DNA of 64,000 nt, taken from contig CAJULK010000008.1 in assembly GCA_910587455.1 (NCBI GenBank), positions 19,929 through 83,928 of the forward strand, given 5' to 3'. A program made the translations under genes and the position numbers. This DNA comes from an uncultured Christensenellaceae bacterium. GTDB lineage: Bacteria > Bacillota > Clostridia > Christensenellales > Pumilibacteraceae. Of the stretch, positions 1 to 13,817 are shown in pieces (positions within the stretch are counted from its first letter, which is position 1; each line of letters opens with the position of its first letter). The notes under the pieces were generated by a model. The model saw only the letters and a list, made by a program, of their open reading frames with translations, did not search any database and was not told the origin of the DNA.

Positions 1-1
1 A

Positions 2-1362
2 ATGCTGCAGATAGAGAACGGAGCGCAGGCTATAGTTTTAAGCCTCGAAAACGATCAGGTGGGCGCAATAGTTCTCGATGACGACGACAAAGTATCGGCG
101 CATATGCTCGTAAAGACTACGGGTATGATAGTGTCCGTGCCCGTGGGCGATAAATTGCTCGGCAGAGTTGTAGATCCGCTCGGAAAACCCGTGGACGGTC
201 TCGGTAGTTTCGTTGCCGATAAATACAGACCGATAGAATCTCCCGCGCCTGCGATTAAAGACCGCGGCAAAGTTAATACTCCTATGCAGACGGGACTTCT
301 TGCGGTCGACTCAATGATCCCGATCGGCAGAGGTCAGCGCGAGTTGATCATAGGCGACCGACAGACGGGTAAAACTTCCATTGCGGTAGATACGATTATA
401 AATCAAAAGGGTAAAGACGTAATATGCGTATACGTCGCCATCGGTCAGAAATCGTCTACCGTTTCGACGGTTGTCAACACTCTGACCGAGTGCGGAGCAA
501 TGGATTACACCGTTGTAGTGAGCGCAACGGCCCGCGACAGCGCGCCGCTTCAATATATAGCGCCTTACGCCGGCTGCGCTATTGCCGAAGAATTTATGTA
601 TGCCGGAAAGGACGTTTTGATAGTATATGACGATTTAAGCAAGCATGCCGTGGCTTACAGAGCGATGAGTTTGTTGCTTAAACGTCCTCCCGGACGCGAA
701 GCGTTTCCTGGCGATATTTTTTATCTTCATTCGCGTCTTCTCGAAAGAGCGGCAAAACTTTCTCCCGATCTCGGCGGCGGTTCCATAACGGCGCTTCCGA
801 TCGTCGAAACGCTTGCGGGCGATATTTCCGCATACATTCCTACCAACATAATTTCGATAACGGACGGACAGATATATCTCGAAAGCGATCTTTTCAATGC
901 GGGCACGCGTCCGGCTATAAACGTCGGGCTTTCCGTGTCGCGTGTGGGAAGAAGCGCGCAGAACAAAGCGATGCGACGCGTATCGGGCAAGCTGCGCATA
1001 GATCTTTCGCAGTACCGCGAGCTTGCGGCGTTTGCACAGTTCGGTGCGGATCTCGACGAAGATACTTCGCGCATGCTCGAACACGGAAAACGCACGAGCG
1101 AGGTGTTAAAGCAGGACGTCCACCGTCCGATGCGCGTCGAGCATCAAGTCATATTGCTGTATTTGACGACAAAAGAACTTTTGAAGGACATTCCCGTCAC
1201 AAAAATTACCGAGTTCAAAGATGAATTCATTAAGTATTTCGACATCAATCATGCCGATATTATAGAAGAACTCGAAGCCGGCGGCGATTTGACAATGGAT
1301 ATGGGTATTGCAATAGAAGACGCGGTTACCGAATTTGCAGTGTATTTTATGCGGGAGGGTAA

Positions 1363-1366
<4 letters not shown>
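2..1366 (+). CDS. atpA: F0F1 ATP synthase subunit alpha (5' end outside window)
   Basis: GDRQTGKT Walker [36 protein letters not shown]. Confidence 0.98.
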
Positions 1367-4030
<2,664 letters not shown>

Positions 4031-4067
4031 AGAACGCTCGCATGGTTTGACGCATACATAAATCTAA

Positions 4068-5063
4068 ATGCAGACCGTAATAGATTTATCGAGAATAAGA
4101 AATAATGTCAGGCAGATAAGATCCAAACTTTCGGGCGCATTTTGCGCCGTGGTAAAGGCGGACGCATACGGACACGGTATTTCGGTAGCGAGCTATATAG
4201 AACCGGTAGTCGATTGTTTTTTTGTGGCAACGCCCGACGAAGCGTTTACGCTTGCGGCGGTCGTAAGAAAGCCTGTGCTCGTGCTCGGCGGCGACGTTTC
4301 GCCGTTTACTCGAAGATTCGAACCGAATATCATTCCCACTGTTTGTGATGACCGGCAAGCGCTCGCCATGCTCAAATCGGGCTATAACGCTTTTTCGGTT
4401 GCCGTAAACACGGGAATGAACAGATTGGGCGCTAACGAGCGTAAGCTCGAGGCTATAGAAAAATTTTGCGTCAGGTACGGTGTCGTTCCGTGGTCGGTGT
4501 ATTCTCACATATACAACGGGATAGCGTCGGCGCGTGAGCAGTCGGACGAATTCGACAGATTGACGGCGAGTCCCGTTTTCAGACGAATGAGACATTTATA
4601 CTGTTCTTGCGCGCTCGAACTCGGCAATGTGTGTGTTTACGATATGACGCGTATCGGTCTTGCGATGTACGGGTATGCGGGCGGTTTGGATATAGCAATG
4701 CGCGCGCGTGCGAAAATCACGGCGCTGTCGTATGTGGCGCGCGGTCGGCACGTAGGTTACGGCGACTATATGACAGAGCGCGACACTCTTGTCGCAACGG
4801 TCGCTTGCGGGTATGCCGACGGGCTGCGAAGATGCGATAAGCCGCTGTATCTGAAAGTGGGCGACAGAAAATGCCGTATCATCGGCATGCCGTGCATGGA
4901 TGTTTGCATGATAGACGTTACGGGCGTGCCGTGCCGAGTCGGCGAGTATGCATATCTGATTTCGGATAAATCGGATACGGAATATCTCGCAAAATGTTAC
5001 GGAACTATTGTTTACGAGGTGCTTACGAATTTCAATGGACGTGCAAAACGAATTTACACATGA
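4068..5063 (+). CDS. alr: alanine racemase
   Basis: AVVKADAYGHG PLP-lysine motif, NTGMNRLG, VGYG, GYADG, TIVYE. Confidence 0.93.
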   Translation: MQTVIDLSRIRNNVRQIRSKLSGAFCAVVKADAYGHGISVASYIEPVVDCFFVATPDEAFTLAAVVRKPVLVLGGDVSPFTRRFEPNIIPTVCDDRQALAMLKSGYNAFSVAVNTGMNRLGANERKLEAIEKFCVRYGVVPWSVYSHIYNGIASAREQSDEFDRLTASPVFRRMRHLYCSCALELGNVCVYDMTRIGLAMYGYAGGLDIAMRARAKITALSYVARGRHVGYGDYMTERDTLVATVACGYADGLRRCDKPLYLKVGDRKCRIIGMPCMDVCMIDVTGVPCRVGEYAYLISDKSDTEYLAKCYGTIVYEVLTNFNGRAKRIYT

Positions 5064-5601
5064 TAAAGCCGAAATAAGACGCCGACTTTTGACGCGGCGA
5101 TCTTCGGCAGCGGACAAGCCCGTTTTGTCAAGGCGCGCCGTCGCTCGGCTTTTGCCGTTGTTGCGCGGAAACGTAATGATATACGTGTCGATCGGTTCGG
5201 AACTCGACACGTCGGGTCTTATCGACGTTTTGCTCGGAAATTCGGATATCGCGCTTTTCGCGCCGTATACATCTAAAGGCGCGATCGTTCCGTTGCCCGT
5301 TAAAAAGCGCGGAGCGGCGGATCGTTTCGGCAATATGCCGTGCGACTGTTATGCGGACGGGTTTGATGCGGTTAAAGCCGCCGCCGTAAAAATAGACGTT
5401 TGCGTTACGCCGCTCGTCGGGTTTGACGACAGCGGTTATCGCATAGGTTACGGTATGGGGTGTTACGACAGATTTTTCTCAATGTGCGACGCGTATAAGA
5501 TAGGCTTGGCGTTCGATTGTCAGCGGTGTGAATTCAGGCATGAATCGCATGATGTACCGCTTGATTGTTGCGTTACGGAAAGCAAAGTGATATACTTTTG
5601 A
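5035..5601 (+). CDS. 5-formyltetrahydrofolate cyclo-ligase
   Basis: PLVGFDDSGYRIGYGMGCYDRF, HDVPLD; start taken at ATG 5035. Confidence 0.9.
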   Translation: MDVQNEFTHDKAEIRRRLLTRRSSAADKPVLSRRAVARLLPLLRGNVMIYVSIGSELDTSGLIDVLLGNSDIALFAPYTSKGAIVPLPVKKRGAADRFGNMPCDCYADGFDAVKAAAVKIDVCVTPLVGFDDSGYRIGYGMGCYDRFFSMCDAYKIGLAFDCQRCEFRHESHDVPLDCCVTESKVIYF

Positions 5602-5602
5602 T

Positions 5603-6133
5603 ATGCGTGTTATTTCAGGAAAATACAAAGGCAGAACGCTTCTGTCGCCGCACGGCGAGGTGCGGCCCACTACCGATCTCGTAAAGGGCAGTTTGTTTTC
5701 CATGCTCGACGCCGGAGGACTTGTTCGCGACGCCAATTGGCTCGATGTTTTTTGCGGCGGCGGCGGTATCGGCATCGAAGCGCTGTCGCGCGGCGCCAAT
5801 TCGTGTGTGTTTACTGACATAGATACTTCTAACGTGTGTTCTAATCTCAAAAAGCTCGATTTGTCGTGCCGTGTTATACGTTCGGACTTCAGACGCGTAT
5901 TGAGATTGCTGCGCGAAGAAAAATTCGATGTAGTGTTTTGCGATCCGCCTTATAAAAGCGGGTACGCCCAAACCGCTTTCGAACTTATTCTAAAATACGA
6001 CATTATTACGGACGGCGGTGTGATAATAATCGAACATAGTTGCGAAAATGACTTGATAAATGTTCCCGAAGATTGTATAATAGACAAGAGAGTTTTCGGT
6101 GTGTCCGCTCTCGAAATCATTACTCGAGGTTGA
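5603..6133 (+). CDS. rsmD: 16S rRNA m2G966 methyltransferase
   Basis: MRVISGKYKGR, RPTTD, IEALSRGA, DPPY. Confidence 0.95.
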   Translation: MRVISGKYKGRTLLSPHGEVRPTTDLVKGSLFSMLDAGGLVRDANWLDVFCGGGGIGIEALSRGANSCVFTDIDTSNVCSNLKKLDLSCRVIRSDFRRVLRLLREEKFDVVFCDPPYKSGYAQTAFELILKYDIITDGGVIIIEHSCENDLINVPEDCIIDKRVFGVSALEIITRG

Positions 6134-6134
6134 T

Positions 6135-6614
6135 ATGAAAGCGATATTTGCCGGAGCTTTCGACCCGTTTACGCTCGGTCATCGCGATATTTGCGAACGC
6201 GCTTCGCGCATATTCGGCAACGTAACGGTTGCCGTTGCGGAATCGACGGGGAAGAATACGGTATCGCTCGAAAAACGCGTCGATATAGCGAGACTGTCTG
6301 TTGACGGGATCGCCGGCGTTGACGTCGAACCGTTCCGCGGACTGTTGAGCGATTACATAAAAAAATCGGGCGAGTGCGTGCTTGTGCGCGGCGTTCGCGG
6401 TACAAACGACTTCGAGTACGAACGCGACAGATTGCGTGTTTATTCGTCGCTGTGCGGCGCAGACGCCGTGCTTCTCGTTACCAAACCAGAGCTCGAGCAT
6501 GTGTCGTCTACCGTCGTTCGCGAGCTTGCCGCGCTCGGCAGTCCGCTCGACGGGTATGCCGCCGCAAAAGCGAAAGACGTAATTAAATCTGTTTATCGTA
6601 AATTCGGGGAGTAG
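6135..6614 (+). CDS. coaD: phosphopantetheine adenylyltransferase
   Basis: GAFDPFTLGH, VRGVR, DFEYE, VSSTVVRE; follows rsmD. Confidence 0.95.
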   Translation: MKAIFAGAFDPFTLGHRDICERASRIFGNVTVAVAESTGKNTVSLEKRVDIARLSVDGIAGVDVEPFRGLLSDYIKKSGECVLVRGVRGTNDFEYERDRLRVYSSLCGADAVLLVTKPELEHVSSTVVRELAALGSPLDGYAAAKAKDVIKSVYRKFGE

Positions 6615-6618
6615 GATT

Positions 6619-7083
6619 ATGCAGGAACATATAGACGCTTTGGAAATTTTGGACAAGCTGCGCGAGGAACTCTCTTGCGGAAAAGGGTTTTTTTCGAAAA
6701 AACCAGATTGGGAGCTTTGCGTGGAACTGTGCGACAAGCTCGCGCGCGTTTTACCGGAGTCGTTCGGCGAAGCGGAATACATCAATCAAAAGCGGAAAGA
6801 GATACTTTCGAACGCGGACGTAGTTGCCAAGAACACCATTCGTGCCGCGGAAGAAAAAGCAAATAAAATAATATCCGAAACAGAGGTCGTGAAAAACGCC
6901 AACGTTGCCGCAAAACAGATAATAGAAAACGCATACACGCAATGCGATAATTTGATATTGCGCACAAAGTCGCATCTCGACAATTTGTTTGTTGAGACGG
7001 AAAAATTTTTATGTTCTACGCTTGCATTGGTTCGCACAAACCGCGAGGAGCTTCGCATGGCGCTTACGGACGTCGATAAGTAA
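6619..7083 (+). CDS. coiled-coil protein of the type commonly found after coaD in Clostridia
   Basis: SD AGGA; A/E/K-rich helical sequence; gene position. Confidence 0.7.
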   Translation: MQEHIDALEILDKLREELSCGKGFFSKKPDWELCVELCDKLARVLPESFGEAEYINQKRKEILSNADVVAKNTIRAAEEKANKIISETEVVKNANVAAKQIIENAYTQCDNLILRTKSHLDNLFVETEKFLCSTLALVRTNREELRMALTDVDK

Positions 7084-7092
7084 TAAACACTT

Positions 7093-8127
7093 ATGTTTGA
7101 AATCGTACGAAAGATTATGCCCGTTGCCGATGTTCGGGAACTTGTGCCTTTGCCGCAAAGCGCGCAAAAAACAAGAGAGTCTGCGCTGAGGCAGTTATCC
7201 GATATATTGATCGGTGCGGATAGGCGTAAAATTATTATTGCCGGACCGTGCTCGGCGGACAGCGAAGACGCAGTATGCGATTATGCGTGCAGGCTGTCGC
7301 GAGTTGCCGAATCGATACGTGACCGCGCGTTCGTTATCGTTCGCGTATATACCGCCAAACCGCGCACGCACGGAAGCGGATATAAGGGCATGTACTACAA
7401 TCCCGATCCCGTCGCCGATCGCGCGGATATAGAGAACGGTATCGTAGCGCTAAGAAAGATGCATGTACGCGTGCTTTGCGAAAGCGGACTGATAACGGCA
7501 GACGAAATGCTTTTTCCGCAAATTACGCGATATATAGACGACGTGCTCGGTTATGCGGCTGTGGGCGCACGTTCGTCCGACGATCAATTTCACAAGCTCG
7601 TCGCGAGCGGGTTGGATATCCCTATAGGGATCAAAAATCCGTTGAACGGCGATTTGCGAGCTCTCGCGGGATCGCTTCGCACGGCGCAGAGCGCAAATGA
7701 ATTTATGTTTTGCGGATCGCAGGTGGCTACGAGCGGAAACGCGTTCGCTCATGCCGTATTGCGCGGCGGTGTGGATTCTGCCGGACGACATTTTTCAAAC
7801 AGCGAAACGGGCGATATACTGCGGCTGAAAGACGAATTGTCCGAGAGCGGTATTGTAAATCCGTCCGCTATAGTAGACGTAAACCATTCGAACAGCGGCA
7901 AAGACCCTTTTGTTCAGCCCGACATAATGTATAAAGTGTTGCGCGGTTTGCGGTCGGCGCCCGAAGCAAACGAGTTGGTAAAAGGATTTATGACAGAAAG
8001 TTATATAGAGGACGGCAAATGTGCGCCCGACGGCGGCGTTTACGGCAAGTCGATCACGGACGCATGTCTCGGATTCGAAAAAACAAAACAAATGCTTTTG
8101 CGTGCCGCCGACGAAATAGTTGCGTAA
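7093..8127 (+). CDS. aroF: class I DAHP synthase
   Basis: GPCS, KPRT, GAR, PIGIKN, HAVLRGG, HSNS, SITDACL. Confidence 0.92.
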   Translation: MFEIVRKIMPVADVRELVPLPQSAQKTRESALRQLSDILIGADRRKIIIAGPCSADSEDAVCDYACRLSRVAESIRDRAFVIVRVYTAKPRTHGSGYKGMYYNPDPVADRADIENGIVALRKMHVRVLCESGLITADEMLFPQITRYIDDVLGYAAVGARSSDDQFHKLVASGLDIPIGIKNPLNGDLRALAGSLRTAQSANEFMFCGSQVATSGNAFAHAVLRGGVDSAGRHFSNSETGDILRLKDELSESGIVNPSAIVDVNHSNSGKDPFVQPDIMYKVLRGLRSAPEANELVKGFMTESYIEDGKCAPDGGVYGKSITDACLGFEKTKQMLLRAADEIVA

Positions 8128-8249
8128 TGCCGCAAACACGCCGAAAAAAATCGTAATCGGTCTTGTGGAGTCGAAAATTGACATATACGATTCTGCCGAC
8201 GGTATGTGTGCTATAATGCATGCATTACATCTGGAGGCACTTTACGATC

Positions 8250-8630
8250 ATGGCACAGAAATCGGGCGAACTCAAAAAACGCTGTCAGCTTGCGAAACAA
8301 CGGCTCAAAATGGGATATTGGCAGGATATCGGTTCGAACGGGACGGCGGAATTCGGCGCTCCGTCGGCGGCGGCAAGATCCGACGGCGCACGCATGAGAT
8401 TGCGCATAGAATACGATAATTCCGCATCGGCGCACGATGAAAAGATGTATGAAAAAGTTTGCGCGATACTCGATTGCGACGAGATAGCGCTCAACCCGAT
8501 CGGGCAGTTGATAGACAATCAAGTGTACGGCGCGCTCGATTCGGCAGGCAAACAGAGATATATACTCGAACTGTCGAATAAGTTCAGAGAGCTTAAAGAA
8601 AGATATTACCGCGAGCGCACGGGCGCATGA
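8250..8630 (+). CDS. hypothetical protein
   Basis: GGAGG SD at ~8233 before ATG 8250; fills the gap before pcrA. Confidence 0.75.
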   Translation: MAQKSGELKKRCQLAKQRLKMGYWQDIGSNGTAEFGAPSAAARSDGARMRLRIEYDNSASAHDEKMYEKVCAILDCDEIALNPIGQLIDNQVYGALDSAGKQRYILELSNKFRELKERYYRERTGA

Positions 8631-8661
8631 CGGCAGCTCACACCAAGGAGAATTTTACTTT

Positions 8662-10923
8662 ATGTACAGACCGGAAGACCTTAACGATATACAAAAAAGC
8701 GCAGTGCTCGAAACAGATGGCGCCGTCCTTGTTACGGCGGGTGCGGGCAGCGGAAAAACAAGACTTCTTACGCACCGGATAACGCATCTTATCAAAGATC
8801 TCGGCGTGGCGCCGTACAACGTTCTCGCTATTACGTTTACCAATAAAGCCGCCAACGAAATGCGTATCAGGCTCGGCGGCATGATAGAGACGGAAGGGAT
8901 TTGGATATTTACGTTTCATGCCGCATGCGTGCGTATTCTGAGACGCTTTATAGACAGAATAGGTTTCGATAAAAATTTTACCATATACGGAGATTCGGAA
9001 ACCAAGTCGATAGTCAAGCGCATATGTAAAACCAAAGGTTATCCCGAAGATATGGTCAAGCGTATTCTTTGCGAAATTTCTAGTGCCAAGTCGGATGGAG
9101 TATTGCCCGAGTTTTATGAAAACGAGCATAAATTTTCACGCGACGCGGAAAAAATAGCCGAAGCTTATAAGATATATCAAAATACGTTGAAGCAGAACAA
9201 TGCGCTCGATTACGACGATCTTCTTATACAGACATATAATCTCTTGCGCTCTAATGCGGAAGCCCGCGAATTTTACCAAAACAAATTCAAATATATACAT
9301 ATAGACGAATTTCAGGATACGAATACCATTCAGTACGAAATAGTAAAAATTCTGGCGGCAAAGCACGGCAATATTTTTGCGGTGGGCGACGAGGATCAAT
9401 GCATTTATACATGGCGCGGCGCGTCCGTCGCAAACATGAAAAACTTTCGCAAGGATTTCGATTGCAAACTCATAAAGCTCGAACAGAATTACCGTTCGAC
9501 ATCTAATATACTCGAAGTCGCCAACAAAATAATCAAGGGCAACAGCAACAGATTCGACAAGAATTTGTGGACTGCAAACGGCGACGGCGAAAAGGCGGTT
9601 TGTTTCGGCGCTGCGTCCGAAGGGTTCGAAGCCGATTATGTGGTGCGCGCGATATACGATCTTACGCACGGCGGCGATTATAATTATTCGGACTGCGCGG
9701 TGCTGCTGCGGTTGAATGCGCTTACGCGACCTTTCGAAGAACGGTTTATGCAGTACGGTATACCGCACCGAGTATACGGCGGATTTAAGTTTTACGACAG
9801 AAAGGAAGTAAAGGATGTTCTCGCATATGCGCGCCTGTCCGTGAATCATGCGGACGACGAGGCGCTGCTCAGAATAATAAACTTTCCGCGGCGCGGCATA
9901 GGCGAGGCGTCGATAGAGAAACTTCGCGACTATGCCGCCCGATCGGGCAAGAGTTTGTACGATATTGTCGTAAGCGCTTCCGCATTGCCGTTTGCTACGA
10001 GTCTTAAAGAAAAGCTGATCGGATTCGGCAATGTTTTGGAAAATCTTTCGAAAGCTGCGGAAGGTGAAGTTACGGCGTTTTTCAAATATTTGCTGTTTGA
10101 CGTTCTCAATGTCGTAAACCTGTTTTCAAACGATTCGGACGACGAATCGCGTCTCGAAAATCTAAACGAACTTATAAACTCGGTGCGTGAATTTTCCGTG
10201 AACAATCCGTCGGCGGATGTGTCCGATTATTTGCAAACCGTATCGCTTTACAGCGATACGGACGATATTAACGAAGATAATTGCGTAACCGTTGCCACGG
10301 TGCACAGTGCCAAAGGCTTGGAATTTCCCGTCGTGTTCGTAATAGGGTTGGAAGACGGAATTTTTCCGTCACTGCGCGAAAACGAAAGCGACAACTCGCA
10401 TATGGAAGAAGAGCGACGGCTGATGTATGTAGCCGTTACGCGGGCAATGGAGCGACTGTACTTGACGTATGCGAAATCGCGTTTTCTTTACGGAAAGACC
10501 GATTACCGTATGCCGTCGAGATTTTTACGCGAGTGCGGGCTTGTGGAAAGCGAGATCAAACGGCGCGATTATGACGACGGTTATTCGTTCGGTTCGAGGT
10601 CTTACGGCAACGTCGGCGATTTTTCGCGCGCTTCGACTATATCGGTGCCGCGAAAAACTTTCGACGACACGGCGGGCGGTTCGACTTTTTCGGGCGCGTA
10701 TAAGAGCGATTACGGGAAGTCGGATTCCAATCGGAAAGTTGCGGACGACAAAGATAAAAGTAAATTCGCCGTAGGCGTCACTGTTATGCACAAGCGGCTC
10801 GGCAAAGGCAAAGTGGTAGGGCTGGAATCCACCGGCGGAGTGCTTTACGCAAAGATAGATTTCGAACGCGGCGGTGTGATGTTGCTTACCGTCGATTGCG
10901 CGCCGCTTACGGTCTTGGACTGA
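8662..10923 (+). CDS. pcrA: UvrD/PcrA ATP-dependent DNA helicase
   Basis: AGAGSGKT, DEFQDTN, VGDEDQCIY, LEQNYRST, HSAKGLEF, EEERRLMYVAVTRA. Confidence 0.97.
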   Translation: MYRPEDLNDIQKSAVLETDGAVLVTAGAGSGKTRLLTHRITHLIKDLGVAPYNVLAITFTNKAANEMRIRLGGMIETEGIWIFTFHAACVRILRRFIDRIGFDKNFTIYGDSETKSIVKRICKTKGYPEDMVKRILCEISSAKSDGVLPEFYENEHKFSRDAEKIAEAYKIYQNTLKQNNALDYDDLLIQTYNLLRSNAEAREFYQNKFKYIHIDEFQDTNTIQYEIVKILAAKHGNIFAVGDEDQCIYTWRGASVANMKNFRKDFDCKLIKLEQNYRSTSNILEVANKIIKGNSNRFDKNLWTANGDGEKAVCFGAASEGFEADYVVRAIYDLTHGGDYNYSDCAVLLRLNALTRPFEERFMQYGIPHRVYGGFKFYDRKEVKDVLAYARLSVNHADDEALLRIINFPRRGIGEASIEKLRDYAARSGKSLYDIVVSASALPFATSLKEKLIGFGNVLENLSKAAEGEVTAFFKYLLFDVLNVVNLFSNDSDDESRLENLNELINSVREFSVNNPSADVSDYLQTVSLYSDTDDINEDNCVTVATVHSAKGLEFPVVFVIGLEDGIFPSLRENESDNSHMEEERRLMYVAVTRAMERLYLTYAKSRFLYGKTDYRMPSRFLRECGLVESEIKRRDYDDGYSFGSRSYGNVGDFSRASTISVPRKTFDDTAGGSTFSGAYKSDYGKSDSNRKVADDKDKSKFAVGVTVMHKRLGKGKVVGLESTGGVLYAKIDFERGGVMLLTVDCAPLTVLD

Positions 10924-10940
10924 CGGCAAAGGAGATGGCA

Positions 10941-12887
10941 ATGGACGATATGCAAAAACTTCGCGAGCTTGTCAACAAGCTGAACGATCTTGCTTACAGA
11001 TATTACGTTATGGACGAGCCGATCGTTTCCGACAAAGAATACGACGCGCTTTACGACGAGCTTACGGCGCTTGAAAACAAGACGGGAACGATTCTTTCCG
11101 ATTCGCCTACAAAGCGAGTGGGCGGCGAACCGCTTAAAGAGTTCGAAAGTCATAAGCACCTTCGGCGGCTTTACAGTCTCGACAAGTGCAACAGTTTCGA
11201 TGCGTTGCGAAATTGGTTTGAAAAAGCGACTGCGGCACTCGGGCGTGCGCCCGAATGTACGCTCGAGTATAAACTCGACGGACTTACGATTTGTCTTACG
11301 TACAAGAACGGCGGGCTTGTAACGGGATCTACGCGAGGCAACGGCGAGGTGGGCGAAAACGTTACCGAACAGGTCAAGACAATTCGTTCCGTGCCGCTCG
11401 GCGTGCCGTTCGACGGCGTAGTCGAAGTTCAGGGCGAAGGTATAATGCGCATAAGCGCGCTCGAAAAGTATAACGCCGCCGCTGCCGTGCCGCTGAAGAA
11501 TCCGCGGAATGCGGTTGCGGGCGCTATTCGCAATCTCGATGTCCGCGAAACAGCCAAGCGCAATCTCGACGTTGTTTTTTACAACGTGAATTATCTAGAC
11601 GGCGACTGTTCGCTGGGACAGACCGAACAGATAGAATTTTTGAAACGGAACAGATTTAAGACGGAGTTTTGTTTCGTTTCTGACGATATAGAAAAAATTA
11701 TCGAAAAGATAAAATCGGTGGACAGAAACAAACTCGATTTCGCTATTGACGGTATGGTCGTTAAAATAAATTCCCAAGCTGCGCGGACCGTGCTCGGATA
11801 TACCGACAAATTCCCGAAGTGGGCGATAGCCTATAAGTTCGAAGCGGAAGAAACGACCACGGTGCTCGATGACGTAACGTGGCAGGTGGGGCGAACCGGC
11901 AAACTCACGCCGCTCGCCATTTTGCAGCCTGTCGAGTTGTGCGGCGCTACAGTAAAACGAGCTACGCTCAACAACTACGGCGATATCGTGCGCAAAAACG
12001 TATCGAAGGGCGCGCGGGTGTTTATTCGTCGAAGCAATGACGTAATTCCAGAAATATTGGGCGTTGCGGAAGCGCCCCGTAATGCGGAGCTCATTGAAAA
12101 ACCTGAGTTATGCCCGTCTTGCGGGAGCGAACTTACCGAGGAGGGCGCGCATCTTTTTTGCATGAACTTTTACGGTTGCCGTCAGCAAATAGTTAACAGG
12201 ATAGAGCATTTCTGTTCAAAGGAGTGTATGGATATCGACGGCGTAAGCGTTAAAACTGCCGAGCAGTTGTATGATAAACTGTCGCTGCGTTCCGCCGCAG
12301 AACTGTACGATCTTACAAAAGACGATCTTGCGAAAATCGACGGTTTCAAAGATAAAAAGATCGCCAATTTTCTCGCCGCCGTGCAAAAGTCTAAATCCGC
12401 CGATCTTCCGCATTTTATAAACGCTTTGTGTATAGACAATGTCGGGAGAAAAACCGCGCGGGATCTCGCGGAACATTTCGGATCGGTGGGCGCGCTTGGA
12501 AAAGCGACGGCGGAAGAACTCGTGTCGATTCCCGACGTAGGCGAGATCGTCGCCCGTTCCGTCGTGGAATATTTCGAGCGTCACGGCGAAGCCGTCGAAA
12601 GGTATAAAGCGCTCGGCATAGATCCGCATTATAAAGCGGAGCGCGGCGGTGTTTTGGATGGATTGAAATTCGTTCTTACGGGAACTTTGCCGACATTGAC
12701 GCGCGACGAAGCGCGCGCAATGATAGAATCTTCGGGCGGCTCGGTAATGTCAAGCGTTTCAAAACTGACCGATATTGTGCTTGCGGGCGAAAACGCGGGG
12801 TCCAAGCTTGACAAAGCGCGCGCTCTCGGCAAAAAAATTATCGACGAAACGGAATTTTTGAAACTAATAAATGTATCAAACAGTTGA
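10941..12887 (+). CDS. ligA: NAD-dependent DNA ligase
   Basis: EYKLDG adenylation motif, TRGNGEVGENVT, WAIAYKF, zinc finger, C-terminal BRCT. Confidence 0.97.
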   Translation: MDDMQKLRELVNKLNDLAYRYYVMDEPIVSDKEYDALYDELTALENKTGTILSDSPTKRVGGEPLKEFESHKHLRRLYSLDKCNSFDALRNWFEKATAALGRAPECTLEYKLDGLTICLTYKNGGLVTGSTRGNGEVGENVTEQVKTIRSVPLGVPFDGVVEVQGEGIMRISALEKYNAAAAVPLKNPRNAVAGAIRNLDVRETAKRNLDVVFYNVNYLDGDCSLGQTEQIEFLKRNRFKTEFCFVSDDIEKIIEKIKSVDRNKLDFAIDGMVVKINSQAARTVLGYTDKFPKWAIAYKFEAEETTTVLDDVTWQVGRTGKLTPLAILQPVELCGATVKRATLNNYGDIVRKNVSKGARVFIRRSNDVIPEILGVAEAPRNAELIEKPELCPSCGSELTEEGAHLFCMNFYGCRQQIVNRIEHFCSKECMDIDGVSVKTAEQLYDKLSLRSAAELYDLTKDDLAKIDGFKDKKIANFLAAVQKSKSADLPHFINALCIDNVGRKTARDLAEHFGSVGALGKATAEELVSIPDVGEIVARSVVEYFERHGEAVERYKALGIDPHYKAERGGVLDGLKFVLTGTLPTLTRDEARAMIESSGGSVMSSVSKLTDIVLAGENAGSKLDKARALGKKIIDETEFLKLINVSNS

Positions 12888-12912
12888 AAAACGGTTTTCG
12901 TTGTGATATAAT
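12884..12912 (+). promoter_or_regulatory. sigma-A promoter of the yloC-gmk operon
   Basis: TTGAAA-17-TATAAT with extended TG. Confidence 0.7.
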
Positions 12913-12938
12913 ATAAAAGTCGAAGTTTCGAGGTGCAT

Positions 12939-13817
12939 ATGAGAAGCATGACGGGATACGGAAAAGGCGTAGCGTCTCGCAACAACAGAACCGTATCCGT
13001 AGAATTGAAATCGGTAAATAACAGGTTTTTGGAGATTTCGTGTAAACTCCCCAAATCGCTGATGTATATCGACGATGCCATACAAAAGTGCATCAAGTCG
13101 GGGATTTCGCGCGGGAGCGTGGACGTATATTTCGTATACGAAAACTTGTCCGAAACGTCTAAAAAAGTTTCCGTAGATCATGCGCTTGCTTCCGAGTATA
13201 TAGCGGCTGCGAAATCTCTGCGTGCCCAATTTAGGCTCGAAGACGATTATAACGTAACGGCACTCATGCGCACGCCCGACGTTGTGTCGGTCACAGTGCC
13301 CGAGGACGACAGGGAGACCGTAGTCGAGCTTACTAAGATCGCTACGGCTCAGGCTATAGAAAAGCTCGACGAAATGCGCAGGACCGAGGGGCGAGGAATA
13401 CTCGCAGATCTCCTTAAAATAACGGACGCTCTGCAAGCTCTGCTCGAAAATGCAAAGAAGCGCGCGCCGCTTGTCGTAACGGAATACAAGAAGAATATGG
13501 TCGCTCGCGTCAAAGAGCTTATGGAAGGAAACGAGCCCGACGAAGCGAGGGTGCTCGGCGAGGTCGCGTTCTTTGCCGACAAGGTTGATATCAACGAAGA
13601 AGTGTCGCGGCTCTGTTCGCATATAGATCAGTTCAGAGCTATATGTGCGGAAAAGAACGGTTCGCAGGGGCGCAGGCTTGACTTTCTTTCGCAGGAAATG
13701 GTGCGTGAAGTCAATACCATGGGCAGCAAATCAAACGACATAACGCTTACGGGCTACGTCGTTGCGATGAAAAACGAAGTGGAAAAACTCAAAGAACAAA
13801 TAAGGAATGTAGAATAA
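12939..13817 (+). CDS. yloC: YicC/YloC family endoribonuclease
   Basis: MRSMTGYG, SVNNRFLE, GRRLDFLSQEMVREVNTMGSK, KEQIRNVE. Confidence 0.95.
   Translation: MRSMTGYGKGVASRNNRTVSVELKSVNNRFLEISCKLPKSLMYIDDAIQKCIKSGISRGSVDVYFVYENLSETSKKVSVDHALASEYIAAAKSLRAQFRLEDDYNVTALMRTPDVVSVTVPEDDRETVVELTKIATAQAIEKLDEMRRTEGRGILADLLKITDALQALLENAKKRAPLVVTEYKKNMVARVKELMEGNEPDEARVLGEVAFFADKVDINEEVSRLCSHIDQFRAICAEKNGSQGRRLDFLSQEMVREVNTMGSKSNDITLTGYVVAMKNEVEKLKEQIRNVE

Noticed and set aside
4031..4067. Sporulation sigma promoter before alr (CATACATA)
   Set aside because: Spacing does not fit the sigma-E, sigma-K or sigma-G consensus convincingly.
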